Below, one piece after another: positions 36,597 through 49,400 of a stretch of 64,000 bases of DNA; within the stretch, counting starts at the first letter, position 1; the number at the start of each line of letters is the position of its first letter. Both the position numbers and the translations under genes were made by a program. The notes under the pieces are model-generated. The model saw nothing but the letters and a program-made list of their open reading frames with translations, did not search any database and had not been told where the DNA came from. The DNA is from Selaginella moellendorffii. Its lineage: Eukaryota > Plantae > Lycopodiophyta. Location: the NCBI RefSeq assembly GCF_000143415.4, contig NW_003314284.1, forward strand, positions 788,693 through 852,692, given 5' to 3'.

Positions 36597-38951
36597 ATGC
36601 CCTGGCGGAAGGTCGTGCTCGTGCGCGGCGCCTCGATCGTCTCTCGCGATTTCAGCACCCGGCTCGCTCCAGGTAAGGCCAAGCGATCCGGCAGGCACAG
36701 CACATTCTTCGACAATCGGCGCCAGCAGCAAGGCAAATCGGCATTGCCCGGCGGCCTCGACAATGCGCTGGTGTGGATCGACAGCCACCAGCAGGAGGAT
36801 TGCGCCCCGGCCTACGGGAATCTACTGCGAGATTGCGGCGAGCTTGCGGCGGGGAAGAAGATCCACGAGCACGTCGTCAAGAACGGGTACTACGAGAATG
36901 TCTACGTTGGGAACCATCTGGTGCAAATGTACTCCAAGTGTGGGAGCTTGGAGGACGCAAAGAAGGTCTTTGATGGGATGCGGAGGAGGGATTCCATCTC
37001 CTGGAGTAAGATGATCGCTGGATACGTGAGGCACGGGCTCGCAAGAGAAGCGATCAAGCTCTACAAGGCCATGGCGATCGATCCAGACGGGTTTACGTTC
37101 TCGGCCGTGCTCAACGCCTGCTCGAGCTTGGGTCCGCGAGCTCTGGAAGTTGGCAAGGAGATCCATGCACACATGAAGAGGATCTGGCTCAAGCCGGATG
37201 TTTTCGTGGACTCGGCTCTGGTGACGATGTTCGCCAAGTGTGGGAGCTTGAAGGAGTCGAGGGAGGTGTTTGACGACTGCCGCTGGAAGGACGTGCTCTT
37301 CTGGAACAGCATGATCGTGGCGTACTCGCAGAGCGGCCATCCCCGAGAAGCCATCGAGCTGTTCAAGAGCATGGGATCGTCGTCGCCGCCGGTGGAGCCA
37401 AACGCGATCACTTACACGACGGTGCTGGCTGCGTGCTCGGCTGTGGAGGATCTGGAGCAGGGGAAGGAAGTCCACCGGCAGATGGTGGACGCTGGCTTCC
37501 AGTTCGACGCCGCTGCTGAAAACTCCCTCGTCAACATGTACGCAAAGTGTGGGAGCATCACGGAAGCTCGCGAAGTCTTCGACGGGATGAAGCAGCGGAC
37601 AGTGGTCTCCTGGACTGGGATCATCAGCGCTTACGTCCGGAAGGGCCACCCTCGCGAGGCGCTGGATCTCTACCGGAAGATGGGGTCCGAGGGCGTGGAG
37701 CCGAATGGGATCACGTTTGCCAGCGTCCTCAGCGCGTGCTCCAGCTTGGGAGCTCTCGAAGAAGGCAAGGCCGTCCACGCACAGATGAAAGCCGCGGGTT
37801 ACAAACCGGACTTGGCGGTGGCGAACGCGCTGGTGAGCTTGTATGGGAAGTGCGGCAGCGTCGACAGCGCCCGCAAAGTCTTCGACAGGATGAAGATCCG
37901 GAACGTGGTTTCCTGGACCGCGATGATCTCCGCCTACGCGCATCACCGGCACAGCGAGGAGGCGATCCAGCTCTACAAAGCCATGGACGTGGCTCCCAAC
38001 GCCGTCACCTTGGCCAGTGTCTTGAGCGCCTGCGCCAGCCTCGGCAATGCGGAAGAAGGCCGGGCCGTCCACGAGAAGCTGGCTTCCACCACCACGGGCC
38101 TTGCGACGGACGAGGTGCTCCAGAACGCTCTGCTCAACATGTACGCCAAGTGTGGTGACGGAGACGCGGCCAGGAAGATCTTCGATGCCATGGCTGTGAA
38201 GGACGCGGTCTCCTGGAGCGCCATGATCTCGGCCTACGTCCAGCAAGGTGTCACCGACTTGAGCCTCGCGAAGTCTCTCCACTCGCAAGTAACCTCCGCC
38301 GGTTTCCACACTGACAGCGTCGTTCAGACGTCCCTCGTCAACCTCTACGCTCGGTGTGGGAGCTTGGGCGATGCCAGGAGCGTGTTTGCCGAGATGGAGG
38401 TGAGAGACACCATGTCCTGGAGCACTCTCATCGCCGCCTACACGCAGCACGGCCGGGGTGGCGAGGCCGTGGAGATGTGCCGGAGCATGGAGCTGGAAGG
38501 CGTCCAGGCCAGCAGCTTCATCTACGGGACGGTCCTCACGGCGTGCTCGCAGGCGGGGCTGTTGGAGTCGGCGCGGCACTACTTCGGCTGCTTGACGAGG
38601 GACTGCGGCGCGCCAGCCAAGTTGGAGGACTACGTGTGCATGGCGACGGTGCTGGGCCGGGCGGGCAGGCTGGCGGAGGCTGAGGAGCTCCTGGCGGTGA
38701 TGCCGTTCGAGGCCGAGTTCGTGGCGTGGATGGGCTTGCTGGCGGCTTGCAAGGCACACAACGATGTCGAGCGCGGGGCTCGTGTGGCCGAGGTGCTCTT
38801 CCGCCTGGAGCCGCTCAACGAGGCGCCGTATGTGCTGCTGTCCAACATTTACGTGGCGGCAGGGAGGCAGGAGGAGGCTGCTCGCGTCAGGAGGAAGATG
38901 GGAGACGTGATTGCGGCAGCGGGATCTGGGGAATCGATTATCGTAAGTTAA
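36597..38951 (+). CDS. PLS-class PPR protein with E domain, no DYW; basic N-terminal organelle-targeting-like peptide
   Basis: P-L-S triplets (MYAKCGS, VVSWTxxISAY, PNxxTxxSVLxAC); ACSQAG..LGRAGRL..WMGLLAACKAH..PYVLLSNIY. Confidence 0.93.
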   Translation: MPWRKVVLVRGASIVSRDFSTRLAPGKAKRSGRHSTFFDNRRQQQGKSALPGGLDNALVWIDSHQQEDCAPAYGNLLRDCGELAAGKKIHEHVVKNGYYENVYVGNHLVQMYSKCGSLEDAKKVFDGMRRRDSISWSKMIAGYVRHGLAREAIKLYKAMAIDPDGFTFSAVLNACSSLGPRALEVGKEIHAHMKRIWLKPDVFVDSALVTMFAKCGSLKESREVFDDCRWKDVLFWNSMIVAYSQSGHPREAIELFKSMGSSSPPVEPNAITYTTVLAACSAVEDLEQGKEVHRQMVDAGFQFDAAAENSLVNMYAKCGSITEAREVFDGMKQRTVVSWTGIISAYVRKGHPREALDLYRKMGSEGVEPNGITFASVLSACSSLGALEEGKAVHAQMKAAGYKPDLAVANALVSLYGKCGSVDSARKVFDRMKIRNVVSWTAMISAYAHHRHSEEAIQLYKAMDVAPNAVTLASVLSACASLGNAEEGRAVHEKLASTTTGLATDEVLQNALLNMYAKCGDGDAARKIFDAMAVKDAVSWSAMISAYVQQGVTDLSLAKSLHSQVTSAGFHTDSVVQTSLVNLYARCGSLGDARSVFAEMEVRDTMSWSTLIAAYTQHGRGGEAVEMCRSMELEGVQASSFIYGTVLTACSQAGLLESARHYFGCLTRDCGAPAKLEDYVCMATVLGRAGRLAEAEELLAVMPFEAEFVAWMGLLAACKAHNDVERGARVAEVLFRLEPLNEAPYVLLSNIYVAAGRQEEAARVRRKMGDVIAAAGSGESIIVS

Positions 38952-39232
38952 GCGAGCGGTGGCATGCGTTTCACGTGTTGTCTCGAATCTCGGCTGCGGC
39001 AGACACTGTCAAAGATCTCGACGCTGGAAAACCTCTCTGTCTGTATAGTATAATATTTTTTTGCTGGGGGACTGTCCGGTCCAGTCCAGTCTAGTAACAC
39101 GGGCTTGTTTTATGCTCCAGGAAAACTTCGGTGTCAAACCTGGAAACTTTCAGTGTCAATACACACAGTTTTAATCGACAATGGACAAAAATCAAAGCTA
39201 ACAAAAGCGGTACCTTGGTGTTGATGCACAAG

Positions 39233-40273
39233 TCAAATCCTTGGTGTTGTTTTCTTCCATCTGCCAAGAATCTCTCGTCCCTGATTTTGTGTGAAAAAAG
39301 AACAGGAACGGCTTGCACAGGAGGTTTGTACCGAAAAGATTTTATATACCTTTCGTGCACCAATGCTAAACTTGTTGTCCTCTAAAGATAAAGCATGCAA
39401 TCCGCATGGATGAAGAACAGCTTCGTAGCTGTAACAAAAATGCGAATGATAAAACTAAGATGAAGAAAAACGTTCTCACGCTTTGGGCGACGCTGCATAA
39501 GGCGGACCGCCTTCGTGATCTCCAACCTGCGATGGTATTTAAAGCTTTTAAAGAACGATAGCTTCCACTCACCGGATACATGAGAGTTAAAAGCTCGCCG
39601 TCCCGCGCTAAGAGCTCAGCCATCTTCTTCGCCCAAGCTGGTCTCAAAGATGGCTCCAGCGCACAAAAAAATCTGGAAAAAACTGAAAAACAAGTACACA
39701 AGGAAACAACTTACGTGTAGTCGAAGATGAGGTCGAATGGTTTCGGCTCGCTGTAGCTAAAGAAATCGACCGCTTTAAATTCCACGTAGTTCTGGCTGGT
39801 TGTATTTTTTGATGTCAACTAGTGCAAAAAAGAGGCATTTGTAAAAATGAAGTGAAGAAAAAAAAAAAATCGCTTGAAATAATCGTTTACCTCTTTGGCT
39901 CGTTCAAGAGCAGTCTCGGAAATATCAAGGCCTACAACATGCCGAGAAGGGTTTGCTAATGCGAGAACATCATATCCCTGGAAGAAGAAAATGAAAGATA
40001 AGAGATCAAAGAAAGCACGCGAGGTAATTGCACAAATTCTAAAGTTGCTTACCGATCCACAGCCTGGAACCAAGCATCTTCCTTGGGGCAATTGCTCCTG
40101 CGAGACAAGATGCTGGATTAATGGAGTAACTCCTCCCAAATCCCACGGCGTCACCCTCTCCGCCCAGCATTTTTCCCAAGCAGCTGCGTGGAAGAAGAAT
40201 TCATATAGAAGCAAGCAAATCCTCACTCACCGGGTGGAGCGCCATTCACAATCCGCTGGAGCGGCGTCGCCAT
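39233..40273 (-). CDS. HOL: SAM-dependent halide/thiol methyltransferase (HOL / TPMT family), multi-exon
   Basis: [60 protein letters not shown]; ends [15 protein letters not shown]. Confidence 0.9.
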
Positions 40274-40432
40274 GGCCAAGAACCCTAGAAAAACAAAAAT
40301 TTGCCCTGTAATAAAGCCGCGCCAAAATTTGAAATGCACGAACGGCTACTTTTCCTCTTGCGAGGGTTAGGGTTCTTGGATGAGAGGCGATCGATCCGGG
40401 CGCTCAGCAGCGACATTGGCAGCGCCAAGAAG

Positions 40433-41200
40433 ATGCCGACGCCTCTCACGCTGCGTGTGGAGGAGGGGATCGTCCAAGGTACGACGTTTGATTCCGGGAG
40501 GCTCAAGCACATCACCATCGGGCGCACAAGAACAAACAGGTTCCAGATCAAGGATGAGACAATCTCGCAGAAGCATATGTCTGTGGACTGGGTGGACGAT
40601 GCGTGGGCGGCCCAGGATCTGGGAAGCTCCAATGGCACCACCGTGAACGGCGTCTCGATCGGGGTCAAGACGCCCTACAGGCTCTACAACGACGACCTCC
40701 TGCGAATTGGGGTGGACACCCGGATCAGGGTCATTTTTCACGATGGATCGGGCTCCAGGAAGCTGGAATCCGTGAAAGAAGAGGGCGATCAAAACGCCCA
40801 AGAAGAAGAAGAAGATCTAGCGGGCCAGGGAGAAAACGTGAAGAACGACGCCATGGAAGAACGCATAGAACAGGAAGTGGTGGTGGTGGCTCCTCGACCA
40901 CAACAAAGTGAAGGAGCAAAAGAGAAAGTACTCGAGATAGCAGCACTACCGAGCTTTCCAGCAGCAGCATTGATACCAGCATCGATCAAGAGCACCTCTC
41001 GAGCAGCGCGGAGGCGGCCCACGACGAGCAAAAAAGCCAAGCCCGTGAGCCAAAGCACAGAGATGACGCTCAGGGACTGGTTCCGGCAAGAAATGGTGCG
41101 CGTTCCAACCATCTTACACGAGAGGGCCGAGGCCACCATCAGAGAAATGGAGATCCACGCCGAGCAGTTGCGAGAGAGCTACGTGCACCTACAATGCTGA
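40433..41200 (+). CDS. FHA domain-containing protein, intronless
   Basis: ITIGR..IKDETISQKH..DLGSSNGTTVNG..LRIG (FHA); C-terminal EMTLRDWF helix. Alternative ATG at 40334. Confidence 0.85.
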   Translation: MPTPLTLRVEEGIVQGTTFDSGRLKHITIGRTRTNRFQIKDETISQKHMSVDWVDDAWAAQDLGSSNGTTVNGVSIGVKTPYRLYNDDLLRIGVDTRIRVIFHDGSGSRKLESVKEEGDQNAQEEEEDLAGQGENVKNDAMEERIEQEVVVVAPRPQQSEGAKEKVLEIAALPSFPAAALIPASIKSTSRAARRRPTTSKKAKPVSQSTEMTLRDWFRQEMVRVPTILHERAEATIREMEIHAEQLRESYVHLQC

Positions 41201-41260
41201 GTGAGACGAGCAGCGAACGAAGCCTTGGATGTAAGAAAAAACGTATCAACACCATCGGTC

Positions 41261-44200
41261 TCACTGCCTCGGCAATAGCGTGAGACCAACGTCGTCACCC
41301 TCTTCGTCGAACTCCCGTCTCGTCCTCAAGCTGTCGAAGATGCTATCTAGAGTATCGGCGGACGACGGCGCCACCGGTCGTGGGGGCTCTCTCGACGCCG
41401 CCAAATTCTGGCTGTGCCCCGAGAAAGACTCCGGGAGAGCAAACTTCCATCTCGATGCCTGCTCTTCAAAACGCGTTGCGGGAGCTCCAACACCACCACC
41501 ACCAACGGGGACCGCCACCGGCATGGACTCGGGTATAAACGGCATCACCGGAGGCGGAGCTCTGGAGAAGTTTGTCATCCCGACTTGCGGCTGCCCCCGG
41601 CCTTCCTTCCTTTGCTCGCGCATCGCCATGTACTTTGCGGCGATGTCCGCGTGGGGGCCGCGAGGAACTCGCGGCGGGGCTGGAGCTGGCGGTGGAGCTG
41701 AGAATCCTTGGTTGGCGTCCTTCTTTGGAAGGGGACCAGCGTGCTGCTGATGGCCATTTGCGTGGATCTTAAACGGCTCTTGCGGTCCCTGGAACAAAGC
41801 TTCTTCTATCAGCACTAGAGAAAACTGCGAAGTAAACTTTCTTACTTGCTGCAGCATTGCTTCTGTCTCCTGATGATCCGCCTCGCTGCCAAAGTTTCGT
41901 GCTAGTGGCACAAGGTGCTCTCCAATAGCCGATCCTCGCTCCAACCATGCCCGTTCTGTAAACGGCACCAAATAAGAAAAGAAAAAATAGAGCTTCAGTA
42001 CGTACCTTTGCGGATGATAATCACACCAGATGGATTGCATCCATCTGTTTCTTCGGCCTCCTCGTCAAAGCGGAATCTCCGCCAGCTCCCGAAAAAGTCA
42101 ATGAGACGGTTGAGAGCGTTGGTGGCGATCACAGCCGTGTATATCACCATAAAAATCGGATACACTCTATTGAAAGTGTAAAGAAAATTCCCTGACGAAG
42201 AAACTCCCATTCGCTGCAAAGGCAATGGGATCACTGTTCAAGTAGAAAGTTAGCAAATTCATGACCATACCTTTTCAAAGACGGTGTTTTTGTGACGCTC
42301 GTCCTCCAGTCTGATCAATCCGAGATAGTTGTAGCACACTGGCGGTGCGTAGCGCGAGACCATTCTGCCACAACAAGCATGACAATTTGATTACTCACAA
42401 ATGACAGAAAATTTAGCTGGAGTTTCTTACGAGCAAATCATCAAAAGGCTCACGGCATTTGTATACTTGGGTGCAAAGTAATAGTATGTGAACATTCCAA
42501 GCTTAAAGAGAGAGAAATACGTGCATGCGCACATATACATCACAGGTACGAACGCAAGAACCTGCGGAAATAGAAGTTCGGTATGATGACGAGCAAGAGT
42601 AGCAGCAAAAATCAAACCTGCACTAATATCTCGCTGTCGGAGGTAACGTTTATCAAGAATGAAAAGAATGAAAGGTCGACTTTAGCCGGTAACAAGGTGG
42701 CCTCAGCGATCAATAATGCAGCTGTCATACCACCAAAAATAATAGCAAATAACCGCAGGATTTTTGGTCTCAAGCTACATCGCCAAATCCATTCTACAAC
42801 CAGCAAAACCACGTTTATGCCAATAGCATATCAGAGGAGGAATTACCTAGATGGTCCAGACGACGAGCCATGGTGCCAGTTCTTGGGGGTCGAATCCCTG
42901 ATGTGTAAAGCCTGAAAAAAAATTAATCAGTGCAAATTTCGAAACCCCGTAAGAAAATCTCACCATTGTTCAGCCGCACCCCTCTCATAATTTTTCATCG
43001 TATCTTCCAACTCTAAAGCCTCCAACACAAGAGCCCCGTATTCACTGGAACAACTTGTAGTAAACAATGAAGAAAAAACCGTTGATAGAACACACCTTTT
43101 ATATCTTGCAAAAGTGAAGTGCGCCTGTCTAAGACGACGCCTTAGTTCCGCCATCCCGCTTATGTCTTGGTCATATTCCATGTCGTTATCACTCATACGC
43201 CCCGCAGATGGTTTGAAGGATGGATTTTCTTGCATCTGAGAGGAAAATAATGTTATCATCCAGAAGGCTATGAAAAGGTAAAGAACATGTACCATCTCAA
43301 CCAACATTTGCTCAATGAAGTCCATACACGGCCGTAAGACGTCTCGTCTCGACATCTGGTTAGAAATGGCTTGGCAAATCTGTAGAGACGAAAAATCTAT
43401 AGCAAAGATCAGGTGTCAAAAGAAGCAAATGTAGCCTAAGTAGCTGACTATGCTCACCACAACAACAGTCGACAGCTCCTGATGGGCATCATCCAAATTC
43501 ACGGCGACTTTGGCAACACGATGAGTAAGGAACTTGAAGCGGTACTGCCAGTTTGCCTTCCGCCACATGCTCCGAGGAATTTCTATGAAACCAAAACCAA
43601 GAAGAAAGGCTCCAGTTATCAACCCAAAAAGTGTCGAGCACGTCATGGCAAAGCCAAAAACACCACTCCTGGAAGATAGAATAGAACACTGAGTTCCCTT
43701 CAACGCAAAAACTATTAATGAGCTTCATACCATTTCAGCTTGTCGAGCGAGATGAGAATGACGATGCAAATTATGCCGATCACACCAACACTGACGTAGT
43801 AGACAACGTTTGCCTTGACGCTGGTTTTCAGCCTCTCTTTTACAGTAAAGTCCCCGGCATCTTCGTAACTTTGCATGAGAGGAACTATAATCCTGGAGGA
43901 AGAAATGGTAAGAAAAAAACGGAACTTCCACGCGAAGCTTGAAAGAGCTCACTCACCATGTAAGAATGAACGTACTCCAGTAAGACCAGCCCCAAAACAT
44001 ACTAACCTGCGTTGGATCTCCATCCGAGAGCGTCTGTGGAAGAAACAAGAGAGATTTGAGCTTCCAGGGTTTATGAATTGCCAAGAACCCTAGAGATCGG
44101 AAGAGAAATTCCGCGCACTCACCGTCCAGATGTCCGCCGGCACCAGGATTATGATCGACAGGGAGCAAAACCACGCGTACCCGACGGTGATTAGCACATA

Positions 44201-44290
44201 GGTGGGTACGCTGGGCGCCGAGAAGTAGCGCAGCGTCCCCCCTACCAGGGCAAGAGTCGTCGGCAAGGCGAAGGTGTAGAAGACCCACAT
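41261..44290 (-). CDS. LMBR1-domain membrane protein (LMBRD2-like), multi-exon
   Basis: MWVFY..YAWFCSLSIIILVPADIW, WSYWSTFILTW, LLGFGFIEIPR, YMCACTYFSLFKL, FGSWRRFRF; multiple TM helices and a Pro-rich tail. Confidence 0.88.
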
Positions 44291-44587
44291 CTCGAGCCGC
44301 CGCCGCGATTGAATCGATCGATCCCGCCAAGACCTAATCCAGGAGGCCGCGATCCATCCCCGCCCCTCCTAAAGAGCGTCGCCGGGCCCTGGAATCCCAC
44401 AGCCCTGTTTTTGGCGAGAATGTGTTCTCCAAACAAAATTTCGTGCGCATCTGACGGCCCACACCCCACCTAAATCACAACCCTAGATCTGGTATATTCA
44501 AAGCGCAAGATGCCGAATATCCTCCCGCGTTAAAATTTCAAGCACGACAAGATTCCCATATTATTTTCGCGGGAAAGCTTTTTCTTG

Positions 44588-46235
44588 CTACGAGCAAATG
44601 GCCGTGAGGAGGGCGTGGACGAGCATTAGGTCAGCGAAGTAGTAGTGGCCGATGCCGCCATACCAGGGCGTCAGGGAAGGCGGCCTCCCATAGTGACCGC
44701 CATCACTGTATCTGTGATCGTAGTGCCAGGGGAAGGTCATGTCGTAGGCATCGACGAGCAGCACGCCCTCGCCAAGCACTCTCCGGATCTCGTCCCCGAG
44801 GACCTGGTTGAATGCTTCCATCTTCTGTGGATTCGAGGGCATGGAGCGCGACTCGCCCGCCGGAGTGATCGTCGAGCGAAATATCACGCGCGGCGTCCTC
44901 GCTTTGATCTTATCCCCCGTGGCTAGGGTTTTCCAGAACTGCGCGGCGGCCGTGGCGGATTCCAGGAACTGGCTGGCGTTGCTGCATCGGACGCCGTCGT
45001 GCATCCCGGAGTTGAGGATCAGCGCGTCGGGTGGGGAGCCGCGGAGGAATTCTTGCGTCACGTATGCGCGGTAGAGAGGCTCGTCGAGTGTTGCGAGGCC
45101 CAGGAAGTTGAGGTTTGGATTGGTGTGGCCGTTGAAAATCTCCACCACGGTGAAGTTTTGCGAGGGGTGCGACGGATTGGTGAGGTTGGCGATGAATGTC
45201 CGTGGCATGGAGTTGTGGTGGAATCCCAACACGAAGTTCATGAGGTTCCGGATGGTGTCCTGGTGGTTTGAGTCGCCCCAGAAGAAGATCTTCTTCCCGT
45301 CCAGGCACTTCCATGCTTCGCTCGAGCTCCATATCTGGAACTTACAGTGTGCCGAGTACACCCAACCGTTGCTCTCCAAGCTCGCGATAGCTCCGCTACA
45401 CTGGCTCTCGTCGCACTTCTCGTTTCCATCCAAGCAGCGGTAACGTCCTTCCTTGTCTAGTTTGCATGACTCGTTAAATTTCGTTCTCGTCCATTTGCCA
45501 GACCATCTTGTGTTCGATCTAAAGTCGCTACTGCTGCAGATCGGGAGTGGTCGGGACTTGAAGATGCTGCTTCTGGATGCAAAGCGAATTTTCAGTAAGA
45601 ACATCTGTTTCTTGAGAGCCCATTTGTCTGGCTGCTGATCCAAGCCATGAAAGTTTGGAAACAGGAGGATGGCTTTGAAGGTGTAAGGTCCTGCGAATTC
45701 GTCGTCCACTTTGAGCTCCACAAGGTAGGAGCCATCTCCCACATCTGTTACTGGTGGTCGTGACTTCCAGTTGGGACCTGTTTTCCAGGGGATCAAAGCT
45801 CTGGATGCGTTTAGCGTCTTTCAAGTGTAACGTACCTGAGAGATCTGTCTCGAAGAAATCTCCTCCAAAGCACCGCCTACTTCCATCGCCAGCATACGAG
45901 ACGATCCAGAGCTTGTGAAGAACACCGGTGGACAAGGTAACCTCGCCTTCATTCTCTGCTCTGGGAAGCCCAAACAGGATCGCAGCTGCGGTACTCACGT
46001 TGTGGCATTCCCGTGTGCCGTTCTCAGATAAGCGCTGGAGCAAAACTTTGGACGGGAAAGAAGAAGAAGAAGAAGAAGAGCTCGTTGGAATGGAAGAAGT
46101 GGTGGTGTGATCCGGCAAAAAATCGAGATTATAAAAGGCTCCTGGCTTGACAAAGTAAAGTCCCAGGATCATCACGCTTGCAAGAACAAAGATCACACTG
46201 CTCAAGAGTTTCTTGTGGGCGCTAAAGTACTCCAT
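44588..46235 (-). CDS. Uncharacterised type-II membrane Ig-like/SGNH (PC-esterase-like) protein, paralog A; intron 45778-45835
   Basis: N-terminal TM; GGDFFETDL..VTDVGDGSYLVEL (filamin/Ig-like); Cys-rich segment; FFWGDSNH; LNSGMHD; SDGGHYG. Confidence 0.8.
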
Positions 46236-46400
46236 TTGGAAGAGAAAAATTCCCGGGAGGTAGAAAGTTTAGAAGAAACTGTTGAGCCAAACACGCCCGC
46301 AGAACAGTTGATTTTTAATGGGGAAATATTCGTTTTGGGGGGAATCGTTTTAAAATCTTCCACTGGATTGGATTCTAGGGTATTGCTAGGGTTCTAGCGG

Positions 46401-49400
46401 ATGAACAGCGCTGCGAAGGCGCGGTCGCGGCACGTCTATCGATCTGGAGCTGCTGGATGCGGCGGAAAGCCGGCGCCTGTCAATGCCAAGAACACTGGCC
46501 AGGTCTGTGAGATTTCGATCCGACAGTGCGGCATTTTCTGAATGGATCGATTGCCTTGCAGCCGCTGCCCTGCCCCCTGTGCGACAGGATTTTCAAGCAG
46601 GATGGACGCCTCAAGGAGCATCTCAAGAACAAGCACGCGGATGAGGAGCTTCCGCCGGCGTCGACGGAGAATTTAGCTTCCTCCTCTTCTTCCTCCGATG
46701 CTCCGCAGCAGCAGTCTTCTTCTTCTTCTTCTTCTTCCTCGTATCCAGTGAAGACGCCGAAAACTCTCTTGCACGAGTGGTGCCAGAAGAACAAGAGACC
46801 ATCTCCAAAGTTCATGCATGTCGGTATTTACCTCCTCTTTGTCATGCTCGAGCTTTTTCTCTTTGGTTATAGGTTCAAAATGAAGGGAGCTTTCACTGCC
46901 GGGTGATCTTACCAGATGCTAAGAAGAGTGAACTGGATGTTATACTTTGGTGCCGAGCTGATAGTCCAAGCTCACAGGAATCACACCACCGAGCAGCGGT
47001 AATGGCTTTGCATCACGTAATGGGAGACCGCAGGTATGGTTTCAAGGCTATAGTTTTTATAGATCAATGCGCTTATTCATGTAGATTGGATCGAATACTT
47101 CCCGAGGAGTATCGACAGCAGTGGCATGATCTCGACGCTGCTGCCGCAGAGCGTGAAGCAAAGCTCAAGATGAAGCTGGAGAAGCCGAAAAGGGTTGCCT
47201 ATCCGCCCAGAGAGCTTCAGTCGGTTTTTATGAGCGAGGGGAACAGAAAACTGGTGGAAGAGGTGATAACAGACAGCACTGGCAGTGTAGAGGAAGCTCC
47301 CGACTTTGAGGATCAAGCTCAAGCGCTGTCCTCATTAGTAGAGATGGGTTTCAAGGAAGAACACATCGAGTCGGCTCTAGAACGGGCGAACAGCATTTCA
47401 TCTGCACTCGACTGGCTCATGCTAAACGTCGATGAAAGTGATCTCCCGGCTCGGTTTGCTCCTCAAGCGTCCAAGGCCGCCGTTCGTGTAGTACAACGAG
47501 CAGTCGAGTTTGATCCAACTCAGAACGCTATCGCTTTAGAACTTGCTCAGTACGGGTACTCCTATGAGCAGTGTGTAGCAGCATTCCAGGAGACCGGAAG
47601 TTTCGATCTAGCCATCTCCAAGCTTTTCCATATTGCGGTCCAAGGGACGAAGACACTTCAAGCTACGGTTTCCTGGTCGGACCTTTCAGCTATGAGGGAG
47701 GAAGAACTGGTAGCAATCGGCGCCATATATCCCACGGCTGTTCTTTCGAACGAGCTCTTAAAGTTCGACGTGGAGCTTCCACCACAGTCCGGGAAAAGAT
47801 TGGAGATGGAGGTAATACTGCTTACACTCTTCTTCGCTTAATACTTAAATATACTGGTACGCTGCAGGTTAGAATCTCAACTGATAGCTCCTATCCTTTT
47901 GAAATTCCAGTTCTAGGATTCCGATGCAAGGATTTGGATGCCTCGTACTTACAAGCCGTGACGAAGAAGGTGGCTAACCGTGCTTTGGAATTACTTGGCA
48001 TACCGATGATCTACGATCTGGTTTGTTATGCAGCCGAGGTATCTTTGCAACTTCTTTCAGAGCCAGTAAAGGTTGATGATCGAGGAGGAGATGTAAAACG
48101 TCATACCTCTGCAGACAGTAAAGCTCATGTGGTCGCTGGGAAGCAAAGAAGCAGCCGGCAGTGGGATGAAATAGATTGTGCCGCTGAAAGCACAAGGCTC
48201 AAGGATGACTGGGAAAGACTCCAGACGTCACGACAATACGCAGACATCATGACATCAAGAAGAAGTTTACCGGTTTTCAAGCGAAAATCTGAAATACTTG
48301 CAGGGATAAGCTGCAACCCAGTGACTATTATTTGTGGAGAAACCGGCTGTGGAAAAAGTACACAGGTATGTCATAAGCTATTTGCCATTTTCTTAAGTGT
48401 GTTTCTCTTTCAGATTCCTCAATACGTTCTCGAAAAAGAGATTGAAATGGGGAATGGAGGAAGCTGTAACATTATCTGCACCCAACCCCGAAGAATTTCT
48501 GCTCTTGGTCTGGCTGCTCGTGTTGCCATGGAACGCAATGAAGTCGTTGGAAGAGTGGTAAGTATAGCAGTTTACTATTGACTCCATAAAAATCTGGTGT
48601 GATTATTCAGGTTGGCTACTCCGTGCGTCTGGATAGCTGCTGCTCTAAATTCACGAGACTGCTGTTTTGCACAACGGGAATTCTGTTGAGGAGGTTGCTG
48701 TCTGATCCAGAGCTAGAAGGCGTTACCCATGTTATTGTAGATGAAGTGCACGAGAGGACTCTTGAAAGTGATCTTCTTTTATTACTTCTCAGAGAGCATA
48801 TACAGAGGTTGGCTGGTAATTTGCTAGTATCTTATCTTTATTTTCTGATATTTTCGCTTTGTTGTGACAGAACAAGAGGCAAAATCCGCGTTATCTTGAT
48901 GTCGGCAACAGCAGAAACAAGCTTATTTTCTGATTATTTCCAGCAAGGCTTGGGTCTTCGCCCCGAACTTCTTCGAGTACAAGGCTTTACATTCCCAGTT
49001 CGAGAATTACATCTGGACGACGTCCTAGAGCTGACAGGATATAAAGTAACAAAAAACTCTCGATTTGCGACGAATAAAAAGGCTAAGAGCGAAGTAATGA
49101 CAACATCTGCCTCGAACAGTTTTGACAGTTGGGAATCCAGGGTAGGCGAAAACTCTGAAACAAATATGGAATACAGTGAAGCTACTATGCGGAGCCTGGA
49201 CACGGTTGATGAGAGCGTAATCAATTACGAACTTATCGAGCTATTGCTGTCCACCGTCTTTTCACTTGAACGTGAAGTTTCAGATATTTATGGACCTCTG
49301 GTAGCGGTGGATGATACTAGCAACTGGAAACCAGAAGCTGGATCCGTGCTGGTTTTCCTTCCTGGAATGATGGAAATCAGCAAACTTCAGGCCAGGCTTC

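Noticed and set aside
36822-38759. 645-aa antisense ORF opposite the PPR gene
   Set aside because: Shadow ORF expected from high GC3 codon usage; no motifs. The same applies to the antisense ORFs over the BSP, MATH and SGNH genes.
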